A stretch of DNA of 27,426 nucleotides from positions 1 through 27,426 of the forward strand of contig JBHLRS010000043.1 of assembly GCA_048882325.1 (NCBI GenBank), read 5' to 3'. Made by a program: the position numbers and the translations under genes. The notes beneath the pieces are model-generated. The model had not been told where the DNA came from. It saw only the letters and a list, made by a program, of their open reading frames with translations, and ran no database searches. This DNA comes from Candidatus Thorarchaeota archaeon (lineage in GTDB: Archaea; Asgardarchaeota; Thorarchaeia; Thorarchaeales; Thorarchaeaceae). Of this stretch, positions 9,301 through 17,091 are shown in pieces. Numbering within the stretch: the stretch's first letter is position 1; every line of letters begins with the position of its first letter.

Positions 9301-10358
9301 ATGAAGATTCCGATAAAGACCGCATCAATGATTGGAATGAATTGTTTCTATACCACACCTCACCACTTAGAAACGACAGTGATTTTGACTTTCTTGATGA
9401 TTGGACTGAACTCTACATCACATTGACATCACCACTAGAGTCTGATACCGAATTAGACGCAATGCCGGACGGGTGGGAGGTTCAATTTGGCCTCAACCCC
9501 TTAGTGAATGACAGTCTAGGTGATCTAGACCTTGATGGGCTTTCAAACCTCTTGGAATACGAAAACAATGCATGGCCAAACCGAACTGACAGTGATTCCG
9601 ATTTAATAGATGATTGGGGAGAGGTGTTTTTCTTTGGAACGAATCCAGGTTTAAATGACTCCGATTTTGATACGATGTTAGATCCGTGGGAGATTGCGAA
9701 TCGCCTTGATCCTCTAATCGATGACTCTTTCGAAGACCCGGACATGGACGGTTTACTGAATCTTGAAGAATACGTGTTAGGGACCAATCCGTTTTCGGAG
9801 GATAGCGATCATGACTCTATGCCTGATAAGTGGGAGGTAGATAACGGTCTGAATGCGACATATGATGATGCGGCCGAAGATCTGGATTTGGACAATCTGT
9901 CCAACCTCTTGGAGTACCATAATGGAGCCAATCCAATGTCTGGAGACTCTGATCAGGACTCTATTGGGGACTGGAGCGAGGTTTATGTTTACCGGACAAA
10001 TCCAGCAAGTTCTGATTCTGATTTCGATAACGTGACTGATGCTCAAGAACTGTTCACCTACAAGTCGAATCCAAATCTAGTGGATACTGACCAAGATTCA
10101 ATCAGCGATTGGGATGAGATCTTTGTTTACAAAACGCGACCTTGGTCAGCAGATTCAGATTTAGATTCGTATTCTGATTATTGGGAAATAAGAAACAGAT
10201 TCGATCCTCTTAATCCGACTGTTCCAATATGGGAAATCATACTTCATCGATTCACCTTGTTTTTAGTGACGGTTTTAGATACATGCGCGATAGTAGTTAT
10301 CCTACTTGTAGATAGGAGAGGCGGTATCTCCATAAGGAATCGGGCCTCACCGTCTTGA
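6387..10358 (+). CDS. Large membrane-anchored cell-surface protein: signal/TM, N-terminal beta domain, 7 SBBP-type beta-propeller repeats, 25 Asp-rich (thrombospondin type-3-like) repeats, C-terminal TM anchor
   Basis: Hydrophobic N-terminus (ILTILIIGLFVCSTALL); FFENVGQ...KYEFVLAPGADPSQIRI...PLKIDP typical of SBBP-associated N-domains; seven YSTFIGG-type blades; DxDxDxxxDxxE repeats; C-terminal hydrophobic FTLFLVTVLDTCAIVVILLV followed by a basic tail. Confidence 0.88.
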   Translation: METQGLTTNRILTILIIGLFVCSTALLSGFVPVEQSDVDDIETSEDYRSLGGLTQAQFFENVGQLKNNSILYYGRIPSGSIGFGVSTIYLAGDGVEGIVTLTFDDSTQVIPEGVGTVGYLTNFFLEGGIECRNVRGFTSIVFINLWQGIDLHYFTTPNGVKYEFVLAPGADPSQIRIRSTGHDVISLDDGSLSINSGQWTLVDEGLIGIQGETQVDVQFQVLDWDVFGFKIGDYDTTMPLKIDPLIYSSIVGGSDVDFLLWSQSIVIDDAGSVYMVGTTNRPDFPMVDGYDSSFNGNRDAYILKLNSNGSNILYSTFIGGSDSDYGESIAVSQDGSIFLTGTTMSSDFPTTALDQIHAGELRDCFVVKLTPDGDSLVYSTKIGGALDDYGYSIVVDAFSQATITGSTYSSDFPVMSPLFDTNKGLMDSFVLQLDETGTTLRFATFIGGPHHDIGKAIAQDVDGNLYVSGYSMSTDFAGFSMRSHSVDPNWDCFVFKMGPDGSSLSFVRFFGGLQNDYGDDIAVDSLGNAYITGTTSSKEFPTINAYDDSLNGSSDCFVTKLNSSTGMIEYSTFIGGMSNDAGKSIAVSDSGIVFVTGRTASSDFPIANAYDSIGNGGGSDCVVFELSNDGKSLIYSTFIGGSHYDAGNAIAIDSNGTAYIAGHTYSHDFPTLNIVSDSQNQTCDYFILKLPSNGDSDFDSILDTVELSLGINPFSSDTDQDLIDDWSEIEIYHTDPANNDSDNDSILDGIEIFRYNTSALLSDTDNDSIDDWNEIFTYLSDPTSVDSDLDAVDDWYEIFIYGTSPYNPDSDFDTMPDGWEINHGLDPLWYNVDGDLDMDNVSNGLEYIYDSHPNMTDSDSDMIDDWSEIFVYNTLPNNSDSDSDSASDWDEIFIHHTLPREPDSDLDLMPDGWEILYGLDPLLNDSTDDVDLDSLTNLEEYIYGAKPNMTDSDLDSIDDWDEVFVYHTLANDEDSDKDRINDWNELFLYHTSPLRNDSDFDFLDDWTELYITLTSPLESDTELDAMPDGWEVQFGLNPLVNDSLGDLDLDGLSNLLEYENNAWPNRTDSDSDLIDDWGEVFFFGTNPGLNDSDFDTMLDPWEIANRLDPLIDDSFEDPDMDGLLNLEEYVLGTNPFSEDSDHDSMPDKWEVDNGLNATYDDAAEDLDLDNLSNLLEYHNGANPMSGDSDQDSIGDWSEVYVYRTNPASSDSDFDNVTDAQELFTYKSNPNLVDTDQDSISDWDEIFVYKTRPWSADSDLDSYSDYWEIRNRFDPLNPTVPIWEIILHRFTLFLVTVLDTCAIVVILLVDRRGGISIRNRASPS
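7117..8459 (+). repeat. Seven ~62-aa SBBP-like beta-propeller repeats (coding)
   Basis: YSSIVGGSDVD, YSTFIGGSDSD, YSTKIGGALDD, FATFIGGPHHD, FVRFFGGLQND, YSTFIGGMSND, YSTFIGGSHYD, each followed by an IAVD..G..Y.TG.T.S.DFP-like segment and D.FV.KL. Confidence 0.85.
8469..10217 (+). repeat. 25 tandem Asp-rich DxDxDxxxD/NxxE...P repeats (22-26 aa; putative Ca2+-binding stalk)
   Basis: Parsed by hand from DSDFDSILDTVE to DSDLDSYSDYWE. Three unit classes of 23, 26 and 22 aa; the DNA is degenerate rather than identical between units. Confidence 0.88.
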
Positions 10359-10371
10359 CGAGGGAATTGCC

Positions 10372-11523
10372 TTGCGAGTCTGTTTTGTTGTATGGAGATA
10401 TCCATCTTTTAGCAAGTCAGACCATGCAGGAGGCGCAGAGAAACAACTTCAACGACTCACAACAGAACTCAATAAACGAGGTCACGAAACAACGATAATT
10501 TCTGGAAAGAAAGGAAGAAATCCACTATTGGAAAAACCGGATGAGAATATTAGCGTCTTCAGAATTCCAACAACTTCTCTACCCGGCATCTCAATGATCC
10601 TATACATGATCATACTACCCATTATCATAGTACGTTTGCATTTTAGAGAGAGATTCGATGTAATTCACATCCCTCTTCCGGATTTGTTCATTATCTCACT
10701 ATATTTTACCTCTAGACTGTTAGGCATACCAGTCATCGCTCGAATAGCCGCGGATGAACTAGATCAGTCTTACAGTCAAGGACTCTGGGCAACAGTGAGA
10801 GAACTCATCAAATCTGTGATACTGAAGGTTGAGGGTATCCAAACGCTAAATCCAATGGCCTACAATGATGCGCTTCTTTTGGGTAAAACAAGAGAACAGG
10901 TTTTCCTTGTGCCAAATGGTGTCAATATTCCAGACAAACAAAAAGACTACACCAAAATGAGTAACAAGGTGCTTTATATAGGAGCAATGAGGCACTACCC
11001 GAACAAATTGAAACTTGAACAGAAGAATCTGAAGTACTTGATTGATGCCTTTGAAGAGCTAGTGAATATCCGGAGAAATCTGACCCTTGTGATGGTGGGA
11101 GATGGGAATTACCGAAAGCTATTGGAGGAGTATGTGAGAACGAAAAAATTGACCTCCAAGGTTGTATTCACAGGCTATCAGTCGGATGTGCAACGTTTTC
11201 TCTATGATGCAGACCTGGTAGTGAACCCATCTCACTTTGAAGGAATGCCTAACGTTGTAATCGAGTCTATGGCTACAGGTGTCTGTGTTGTGTGTAGTGA
11301 TATTCCTGAACATCGTTATTTAATTGGTGAGAATGAGTTTGGACAACTCGTAGACAAATCTGATCCTGGGAGTCTAGTGGATGCAATTACTAAATTCTAT
11401 CAGACACCTTCGCAGTTCATTAAAAGAGCAAAGAATGCAAGAAGCAAGGTCCAGAATCAGTTTTCAATTTCATTGATGACCCAGAGAATATTGGCGATGT
11501 ATCAGGTCGTAATCAATCTCTAG
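10372..11523 (+). CDS. Family 4 glycosyltransferase (GT-B)
   Basis: GGAEKQ, VPNGV, QKNL, VGDG, EGMPNVVIESMATG (Ex7E). Confidence 0.93.
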   Translation: MRVCFVVWRYPSFSKSDHAGGAEKQLQRLTTELNKRGHETTIISGKKGRNPLLEKPDENISVFRIPTTSLPGISMILYMIILPIIIVRLHFRERFDVIHIPLPDLFIISLYFTSRLLGIPVIARIAADELDQSYSQGLWATVRELIKSVILKVEGIQTLNPMAYNDALLLGKTREQVFLVPNGVNIPDKQKDYTKMSNKVLYIGAMRHYPNKLKLEQKNLKYLIDAFEELVNIRRNLTLVMVGDGNYRKLLEEYVRTKKLTSKVVFTGYQSDVQRFLYDADLVVNPSHFEGMPNVVIESMATGVCVVCSDIPEHRYLIGENEFGQLVDKSDPGSLVDAITKFYQTPSQFIKRAKNARSKVQNQFSISLMTQRILAMYQVVINL

Positions 11524-11525
11524 GT

Positions 11526-13892
11526 TCATAAAGTGACGATTATATAATCATCCATCTCAGCTACAACAGTGACATCCGGAGTCAACTTCAGGATTGAAAT
11601 GGTGGCAGTGAAATCGATGTAGCTATTTGTTGCTGTAATATTTCTGAAATAGTCAGGATATGATTTCCATAGAAATATAGTAGAGATGTTTAGACTTCTG
11701 AGTCCCCGGACAACATCATCAGGTGCACCATATATTATGCTCTTCAGTCTAGCTGTACGTTGACCCATTTCAAATGCTTGGAAATTGTTAGCAGTGGGTT
11801 GCATTGAGAAATATACGAATCTTGTCGCGAATGTCGGTATGAACGAACTTGTATATGCATCACTGAGAACACAATCACTCGGATTAGTAAATTGACTAAT
11901 GCTCTCTATTATCAGTCTCTCATTCGGATGTAGTTCGTAAAGCGGCCCAAGTGTTGTAAATTCCACCAATTCCCCAACACGACATGACACAGTCCCTGCA
12001 AGTAATACTGACATCATCAATAGAAAGACACCAGTTTCTCTCGTTTTGAAAATCTTGAACGCAAGTCGAGCTTCAGGTAGTTTACCTATTGATGAGATGT
12101 ATGGCGAGATAACGTATGAAATATAGAAACTCGCATTGATAGCAAAACCAACTATTGCTAGCTGCAGGTAATAAACGTTGAACGAGAATAAGAAACCAAT
12201 GACATTAAGGAGCTCGGTATCAATCATGACTAGGAAAGGATTGAGGAGATAGACAATAAGTCCAATAAATGAAGGTGCTGCAAAAGAATAGAATGCACCT
12301 CTAGTGCGAAGATTAGGATGAGCCCCAATCTCATATATCGCCAGAATGGCGAATGGCACTACAAAAATGGACAGGAATCCCATTGGAGCAAAGATACCTG
12401 TGGTGGCATACGACACAATCCCATATCCATGATCACCAACAAGAATGCCCCACATTATTGAAAGCGTGAATAGTACGATTACTGCTATCCGAACTCTAAT
12501 ACTATTGAAACCATATCCAGTTTTGTGCACATGCTCTATTTCACTAAGCTCTTCATTTTTGGAATCTTTGGGTTCAACAGCCATAAAATGGGACGCAGCA
12601 TAGATGATTACAGGTCCAACAATCACAAAGGAAATTGCAGTCACTAGGTAGATGGTAGTAAGTAAACCACCAAGAGGAAAGATGGACAGAGTTGGAATCA
12701 TAAATAATGATCCAACAAGTGCACTAACTCCCAAACAGTTGATTGTATATCCAATGGAAAAAACATCCTTTCTGATAAGCAGATAGATGAGATTGACAAG
12801 TAGGATTATTGCCATAGCCATGGCAAGACCAAAATGAGTAAGAATGAGAAATCCGCAGAAAAGACCAGCCAACCATGAGTGAATGACTTTCCGATTTTGT
12901 TGTGCTGTGATAAGGAAATATAGAGTAACAATAGCAAACAACAAAGCGACTGATTGGGGTCTGTTTCCACCACCTGGAAGATTGGCATATACGATTGGGA
13001 TAGAGAGGAGTGATGCACGTTTTCCAAGACCAATACTCTTTGAGAGATTTTTCATAGCAAAAGCTATCATAACAAAAACGATGAGTTCCTTGAGGATAAC
13101 AAGCATATCTAGAGGAAGTCCTGTTGCAATTACTAAAGATGCCATGATATAGTGATAAAGAGGTGGGTAGACATTCTGAAGATCAGAGTAGAAGGGATGC
13201 TGAATAGGTCCAAGGCCATCGATAATTGATGTAATTAATACATTGTGATAGAGAGAATCCCACCCAGCAGTTGATGAAACAAATAGAGCTTGAACAGCCC
13301 GGATAATTAGAATCATCACCAAGGAAACAATAACCATTTTGGATACTATGGTCATGCTCTCATCCTTGAGTACATCGATTGGTCTCTTTCTGCGTTCGCC
13401 ATTGAGTTCAAGAAAGACAAGAACTCCAACAGATGAGGTGAATGACAATAGTGCAAAGACATTCAGCCCATTTGCCACAAGGACAAGAAGATCATCTAAT
13501 ATAATATCACCAATACCGAAAAGACTCGAAGTAACGATTACTGGAACAGTCAAGATCATGCTTGTTACATATGAATTCCTGAGGAGCATGGCAGTTGAAA
13601 CAGTCGGTCTATATCTGTTACTTTGTGTCACCTTTGATGTGACATACCCATTAAAACCTCCGAATAGGAGAAGTGTGAAAAGGACAGCAGTTTGGCCCCC
13701 GAATTCCGCAACCTCATCCCATCGTGGAAACATAGACTTGAAGAGTCTACCACTATCAACATCAAAAAGTGAGAACATCAGTGGAATCAGAAGTAAGAGT
13801 AAGGAGTACACTAATAGGAATATTCTCGGGACGTTTGGAATTAGCTTCTTAGATTTCATCCTTAATCTATCTTCCATATTTAGAGGGCTCAT
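11526..13892 (-). CDS. Polytopic membrane protein, putative GT-C-fold (lipid-phosphate-sugar-dependent) glycosyltransferase
   Basis: Many hydrophobic segments; external-loop motifs GWDSLYH and YPPLYH; RPQ and LTH motifs; soluble C-terminal domain starting ...PSDCVLSDAYTSSFIP. No WWDYG. Exact start uncertain (three Met residues in the first 12 aa). Confidence 0.6.
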   Translation of the reverse strand: MSPLNMEDRLRMKSKKLIPNVPRIFLLVYSLLLLLIPLMFSLFDVDSGRLFKSMFPRWDEVAEFGGQTAVLFTLLLFGGFNGYVTSKVTQSNRYRPTVSTAMLLRNSYVTSMILTVPVIVTSSLFGIGDIILDDLLVLVANGLNVFALLSFTSSVGVLVFLELNGERRKRPIDVLKDESMTIVSKMVIVSLVMILIIRAVQALFVSSTAGWDSLYHNVLITSIIDGLGPIQHPFYSDLQNVYPPLYHYIMASLVIATGLPLDMLVILKELIVFVMIAFAMKNLSKSIGLGKRASLLSIPIVYANLPGGGNRPQSVALLFAIVTLYFLITAQQNRKVIHSWLAGLFCGFLILTHFGLAMAMAIILLVNLIYLLIRKDVFSIGYTINCLGVSALVGSLFMIPTLSIFPLGGLLTTIYLVTAISFVIVGPVIIYAASHFMAVEPKDSKNEELSEIEHVHKTGYGFNSIRVRIAVIVLFTLSIMWGILVGDHGYGIVSYATTGIFAPMGFLSIFVVPFAILAIYEIGAHPNLRTRGAFYSFAAPSFIGLIVYLLNPFLVMIDTELLNVIGFLFSFNVYYLQLAIVGFAINASFYISYVISPYISSIGKLPEARLAFKIFKTRETGVFLLMMSVLLAGTVSCRVGELVEFTTLGPLYELHPNERLIIESISQFTNPSDCVLSDAYTSSFIPTFATRFVYFSMQPTANNFQAFEMGQRTARLKSIIYGAPDDVVRGLRSLNISTIFLWKSYPDYFRNITATNSYIDFTATISILKLTPDVTVVAEMDDYIIVTL

Positions 13893-13923
13893 CGCTCAAA
13901 CAACATAAGTCTTCTTTAGTGCA

Positions 13924-15492
13924 TTAACTTGTACTATTCATGAATTCAATATGACCGAACCAACCAATTGATGGGCAGAATCGTGTAATGAATCGCGTAT
14001 TTTTAACAAGGAATTCCCGCAACTGTCCTATTTTCATCATCTCTGTTTCATTGAACCTGACCTCAACATCAGTTACTGGTATATCGGTACCCCGAATTTC
14101 ATGCAGATTCCATGCTTGTCTAATAGAGGGTATCTTATTGGGATCAAACCCCATGAGGAATGAAGATACTGTATCCAGAGCTACAGGATCCTCAGACGCC
14201 ATAAGCAAGTTTGCTCTCTTAGCAGTGGGATGCAAAGGACTCTCACCCTCACCACCAATTATACCGTCGATTATACTAAGGTACTTTCTTTGACGCGTGT
14301 TTGTGATATCTCCTTTAGATGAGCCACAAAGTACTACTTTGTTAATATCCAGGATAGTCCGCCACAACGTATCCGCACCATACCAGTCACCTACACGTAT
14401 GTCCTGCCATTGAACCTCATGATTCATTGATTCACCGCATGGCCGTGCCTTCTTTTTCTGCTTGTGTGGATTGATAGATACACCGAGTTTCTTGGCAATG
14501 CCAAAATTCGATAGTCCTATGAGAAACCGTTGCTTTAACGAGCGTGGTAGTGGATGCTCATCTCCCTTCGGTGGAAAGCCTGCTTTGAAATGGGGTAGAG
14601 CATCTTTCCTATCAGTTACACCAATCAGTCCTTTCAGGGACAAAGTCACTCCTGCTTTTTTATGAGACTTTAACTTTGGGAGGTTGATCAATAGATCGGA
14701 ATCTAGAACTGTTTTGGAAATTGAATAGGTGTGGGTGTTCTTGCTATGAAACCTAAGGACATTCTTGCCTGTCCATTTCTGAGGACTGCGTAGAAGTTTG
14801 TAATTCTCGAAATCAGGACGGCTGAATTCACTAGAAGCACCCAAATTAAATTCAACGTAACCCAAAGGGTCCCCATCCATCTCTTGTCTATAAGCAAGAC
14901 TGAGTCTATGTCGACCAATTGGGATAGTCCGTGTTGAATGAATTGTTCTGAAATCCCTAAGATCGACTAAATGAATTGGAACATTGGTTGATTCTTTGAA
15001 AAAGTCCATAACGTCTGCAAACTTCGTCCACCTGTGGAGTCGAGTCCAATCAGTATCCTCGATGGGCGAATCTAGAACAGATATCTTGCCTGTGTCACCA
15101 ACTGCGAGATAGGCATAGTCAACTACAGCCCGGATTAAGGAGGAATGCGTAACTGTGGCAAATAGACTGGTGGCATCGTCAAAACAATAAGGAGGGTCCC
15201 AGACCCAATTGGGTTTGATAGTGATACTACCCGACTTAGACACATATTCGCCTAGTGGATTCCATTCCTCTGTGCCAAATCGTTCCTTGTCTAAACCTAA
15301 ATCGAAGAGTATAGTTCTCAAAGTAGAGTAGACTCTGTTTTCTGCCTCTGAAACCTTGTTTGAAAATGGATACTCGGGATATTCTTCAGAGGGGTGATAA
15401 GGTGGAATGGAGGGATAGTCCAAAAATGTATCATGCCTGATGTATACCATTCCATCACCAATCTGTCTGTTGTCACTTCTCTCATATATCAT
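13924..15492 (-). CDS. DUF362 domain-containing protein
   Basis: ITIKPNWV, VTH, LINLPKLKSHKKAGVTLSLKGLIG, IIDGIIGGEGESPLHP, ASEDPVALD, MGFDP..IP. The ATG overlaps the flippase stop (ATGA). Confidence 0.82.
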   Translation of the reverse strand: MIYERSDNRQIGDGMVYIRHDTFLDYPSIPPYHPSEEYPEYPFSNKVSEAENRVYSTLRTILFDLGLDKERFGTEEWNPLGEYVSKSGSITIKPNWVWDPPYCFDDATSLFATVTHSSLIRAVVDYAYLAVGDTGKISVLDSPIEDTDWTRLHRWTKFADVMDFFKESTNVPIHLVDLRDFRTIHSTRTIPIGRHRLSLAYRQEMDGDPLGYVEFNLGASSEFSRPDFENYKLLRSPQKWTGKNVLRFHSKNTHTYSISKTVLDSDLLINLPKLKSHKKAGVTLSLKGLIGVTDRKDALPHFKAGFPPKGDEHPLPRSLKQRFLIGLSNFGIAKKLGVSINPHKQKKKARPCGESMNHEVQWQDIRVGDWYGADTLWRTILDINKVVLCGSSKGDITNTRQRKYLSIIDGIIGGEGESPLHPTAKRANLLMASEDPVALDTVSSFLMGFDPNKIPSIRQAWNLHEIRGTDIPVTDVEVRFNETEMMKIGQLREFLVKNTRFITRFCPSIGWFGHIEFMNSTS

Positions 15493-17081
15493 GTGGCTTG
15501 TTCATGTCTAAATCGATTCAACAGGAAGCGTTCATATTGAATGCCTGAATTCGCGATTATTCTAACACCTCTAATCTCAGAAAATGCTGTATGAAGCAGA
15601 TCAAGGTCAGTGTGACGAATGGCTCTTGTTAAGGGAAGGAATGTCATGTACAATGTGATGTATACTAGCATACAAATGATCAACTCCAAGAGATAGGAGA
15701 GATTAATGATAGATTGAATTACGAAAGTGAGAACTCCAGCAAGTCCAGCTGCTGCAAGAACTCGCATTATCCCTTGACCATCAATCCAAATTCCATATTT
15801 CGTTTTACCTTTCCAATATCCATACAAGTATGCAATCAACCTTGACACTAACTCGGCAAATATCATTCCAATAATGCCATAGCTGGAAACAAATAACCAA
15901 CCAAGGGGTAAGAATAATACAAAGAAAACAGACCAAAATGATAGTGTGAGAATGTTTTCACCTAGACCAATCAGAAAGCTCTCGAGGAATCCACTCCCAA
16001 TAGTCAATACTAGGAGAACTGTAGAGAACCAGATTAGATACAACGATGCGGACGTATATTCAGTTCCATAGAGAAGATAGACAATACTGTCTGACAAAAT
16101 TACAAATAGAGATATGCAAGGGAGAACGAAAAATGAAACATATCTTTGACCCGAGCTGAAGGCAACACCCCAAATCTCACCCCTTTCTGTAGCACTCAAT
16201 TTTGAAAAGGCAGGAAGAAGCACCATGAGAAGAGGAGCTGTAACGCCAATCAGAATAGTAGCAATGTTCACAGCTGCATTGAAGTTTCCAATCTCGAAAT
16301 CTGAAGTGAAGGTTGCTAACAAGATCAGTCGGTATTGTATCATAAGACTGGCAATAATAGTCACAACGTAGAGCGGAAGTCCGAACGACAAAATCCGTTT
16401 TGCCATCTGAATAACAGATACTGATTCATCAATGTACTCCCTCAAACTTCTGGAGTTCCATATAAGGAGGAAAATGGATACAATACCGGATAGGACATAG
16501 CTAGCAACAAATCCGATGATACCACCAAGAACACCAAAACCAAGTATAATTAGACCCACAGAGATTACCGCCTTGAGAATAGCATGCGTTGTTCGAGTCA
16601 ATCCACTCCATGACATTCGGTCTAAGCCTTGTAGAGAATAGAAGCTTACCCAAAGGAGAGCTTCAAACAGAATAGCAAAACTAGAGGTTTGTATCAAAGG
16701 AGCCAAACTAGGTCTGTGTATAACAATATCTGCAAAGACATCAGAACCAAAGTAACCAATGATTGCTAAGACACAAGCTATGACTATTCTCAGTATGAGT
16801 CCCGCTTTGAGTACGCCTGCTGCTTCATTTTCCTTCCCCTGCATACGAAGTCTTGGAATGTATCGGACTAACGCAGCATCAATTCCAAAGATTGTTAGAG
16901 AGAATAGGATTGTTGGAAGGATGAGCGCAAGGCTATACAACGCATAATCTCCAGGTCCAAGCAAGCGTCCTATTAGAATAGATCCAATACCACTGACAAC
17001 CGTTGCTATACCAACACCGACAAAGAGGGAGGTTCCTCCCCGAAGTGAGTCAGTTGCTAAATCACTGGGATCCTTGGTCAT
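15489..17081 (-). CDS. Wzx/RfbX-type oligosaccharide flippase (MOP superfamily)
   Basis: About 14 TM segments; GRLLGPGDYALYSLA, GIDAALVRYI, FGLPL, IGNFNAA, LLPAFSKL, LLYGTEY. Confidence 0.9.
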   Translation of the reverse strand: MTKDPSDLATDSLRGGTSLFVGVGIATVVSGIGSILIGRLLGPGDYALYSLALILPTILFSLTIFGIDAALVRYIPRLRMQGKENEAAGVLKAGLILRIVIACVLAIIGYFGSDVFADIVIHRPSLAPLIQTSSFAILFEALLWVSFYSLQGLDRMSWSGLTRTTHAILKAVISVGLIILGFGVLGGIIGFVASYVLSGIVSIFLLIWNSRSLREYIDESVSVIQMAKRILSFGLPLYVVTIIASLMIQYRLILLATFTSDFEIGNFNAAVNIATILIGVTAPLLMVLLPAFSKLSATERGEIWGVAFSSGQRYVSFFVLPCISLFVILSDSIVYLLYGTEYTSASLYLIWFSTVLLVLTIGSGFLESFLIGLGENILTLSFWSVFFVLFLPLGWLFVSSYGIIGMIFAELVSRLIAYLYGYWKGKTKYGIWIDGQGIMRVLAAAGLAGVLTFVIQSIINLSYLLELIICMLVYITLYMTFLPLTRAIRHTDLDLLHTAFSEIRGVRIIANSGIQYERFLLNRFRHEQAT

Positions 17082-17091
17082 TGAGAATACC

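Noticed and set aside
8469-10217. Periodic DNA that could be mistaken for a CRISPR array or DGR template/variable repeats
   Set aside because: The repeats are degenerate at codon third positions and in frame within one ORF. There are no identical direct repeats with spacers, and no cas or reverse transcriptase gene nearby.
11526-13892. aglB/STT3 oligosaccharyltransferase call
   Set aside because: The WWDYG motif is absent, so only a generic GT-C-like call is supportable.
13339-13908. 189-aa plus-strand ORF
   Set aside because: Lies almost entirely antisense to the membrane protein, is Ser/Thr/Arg-rich and has no motifs; a shadow ORF.
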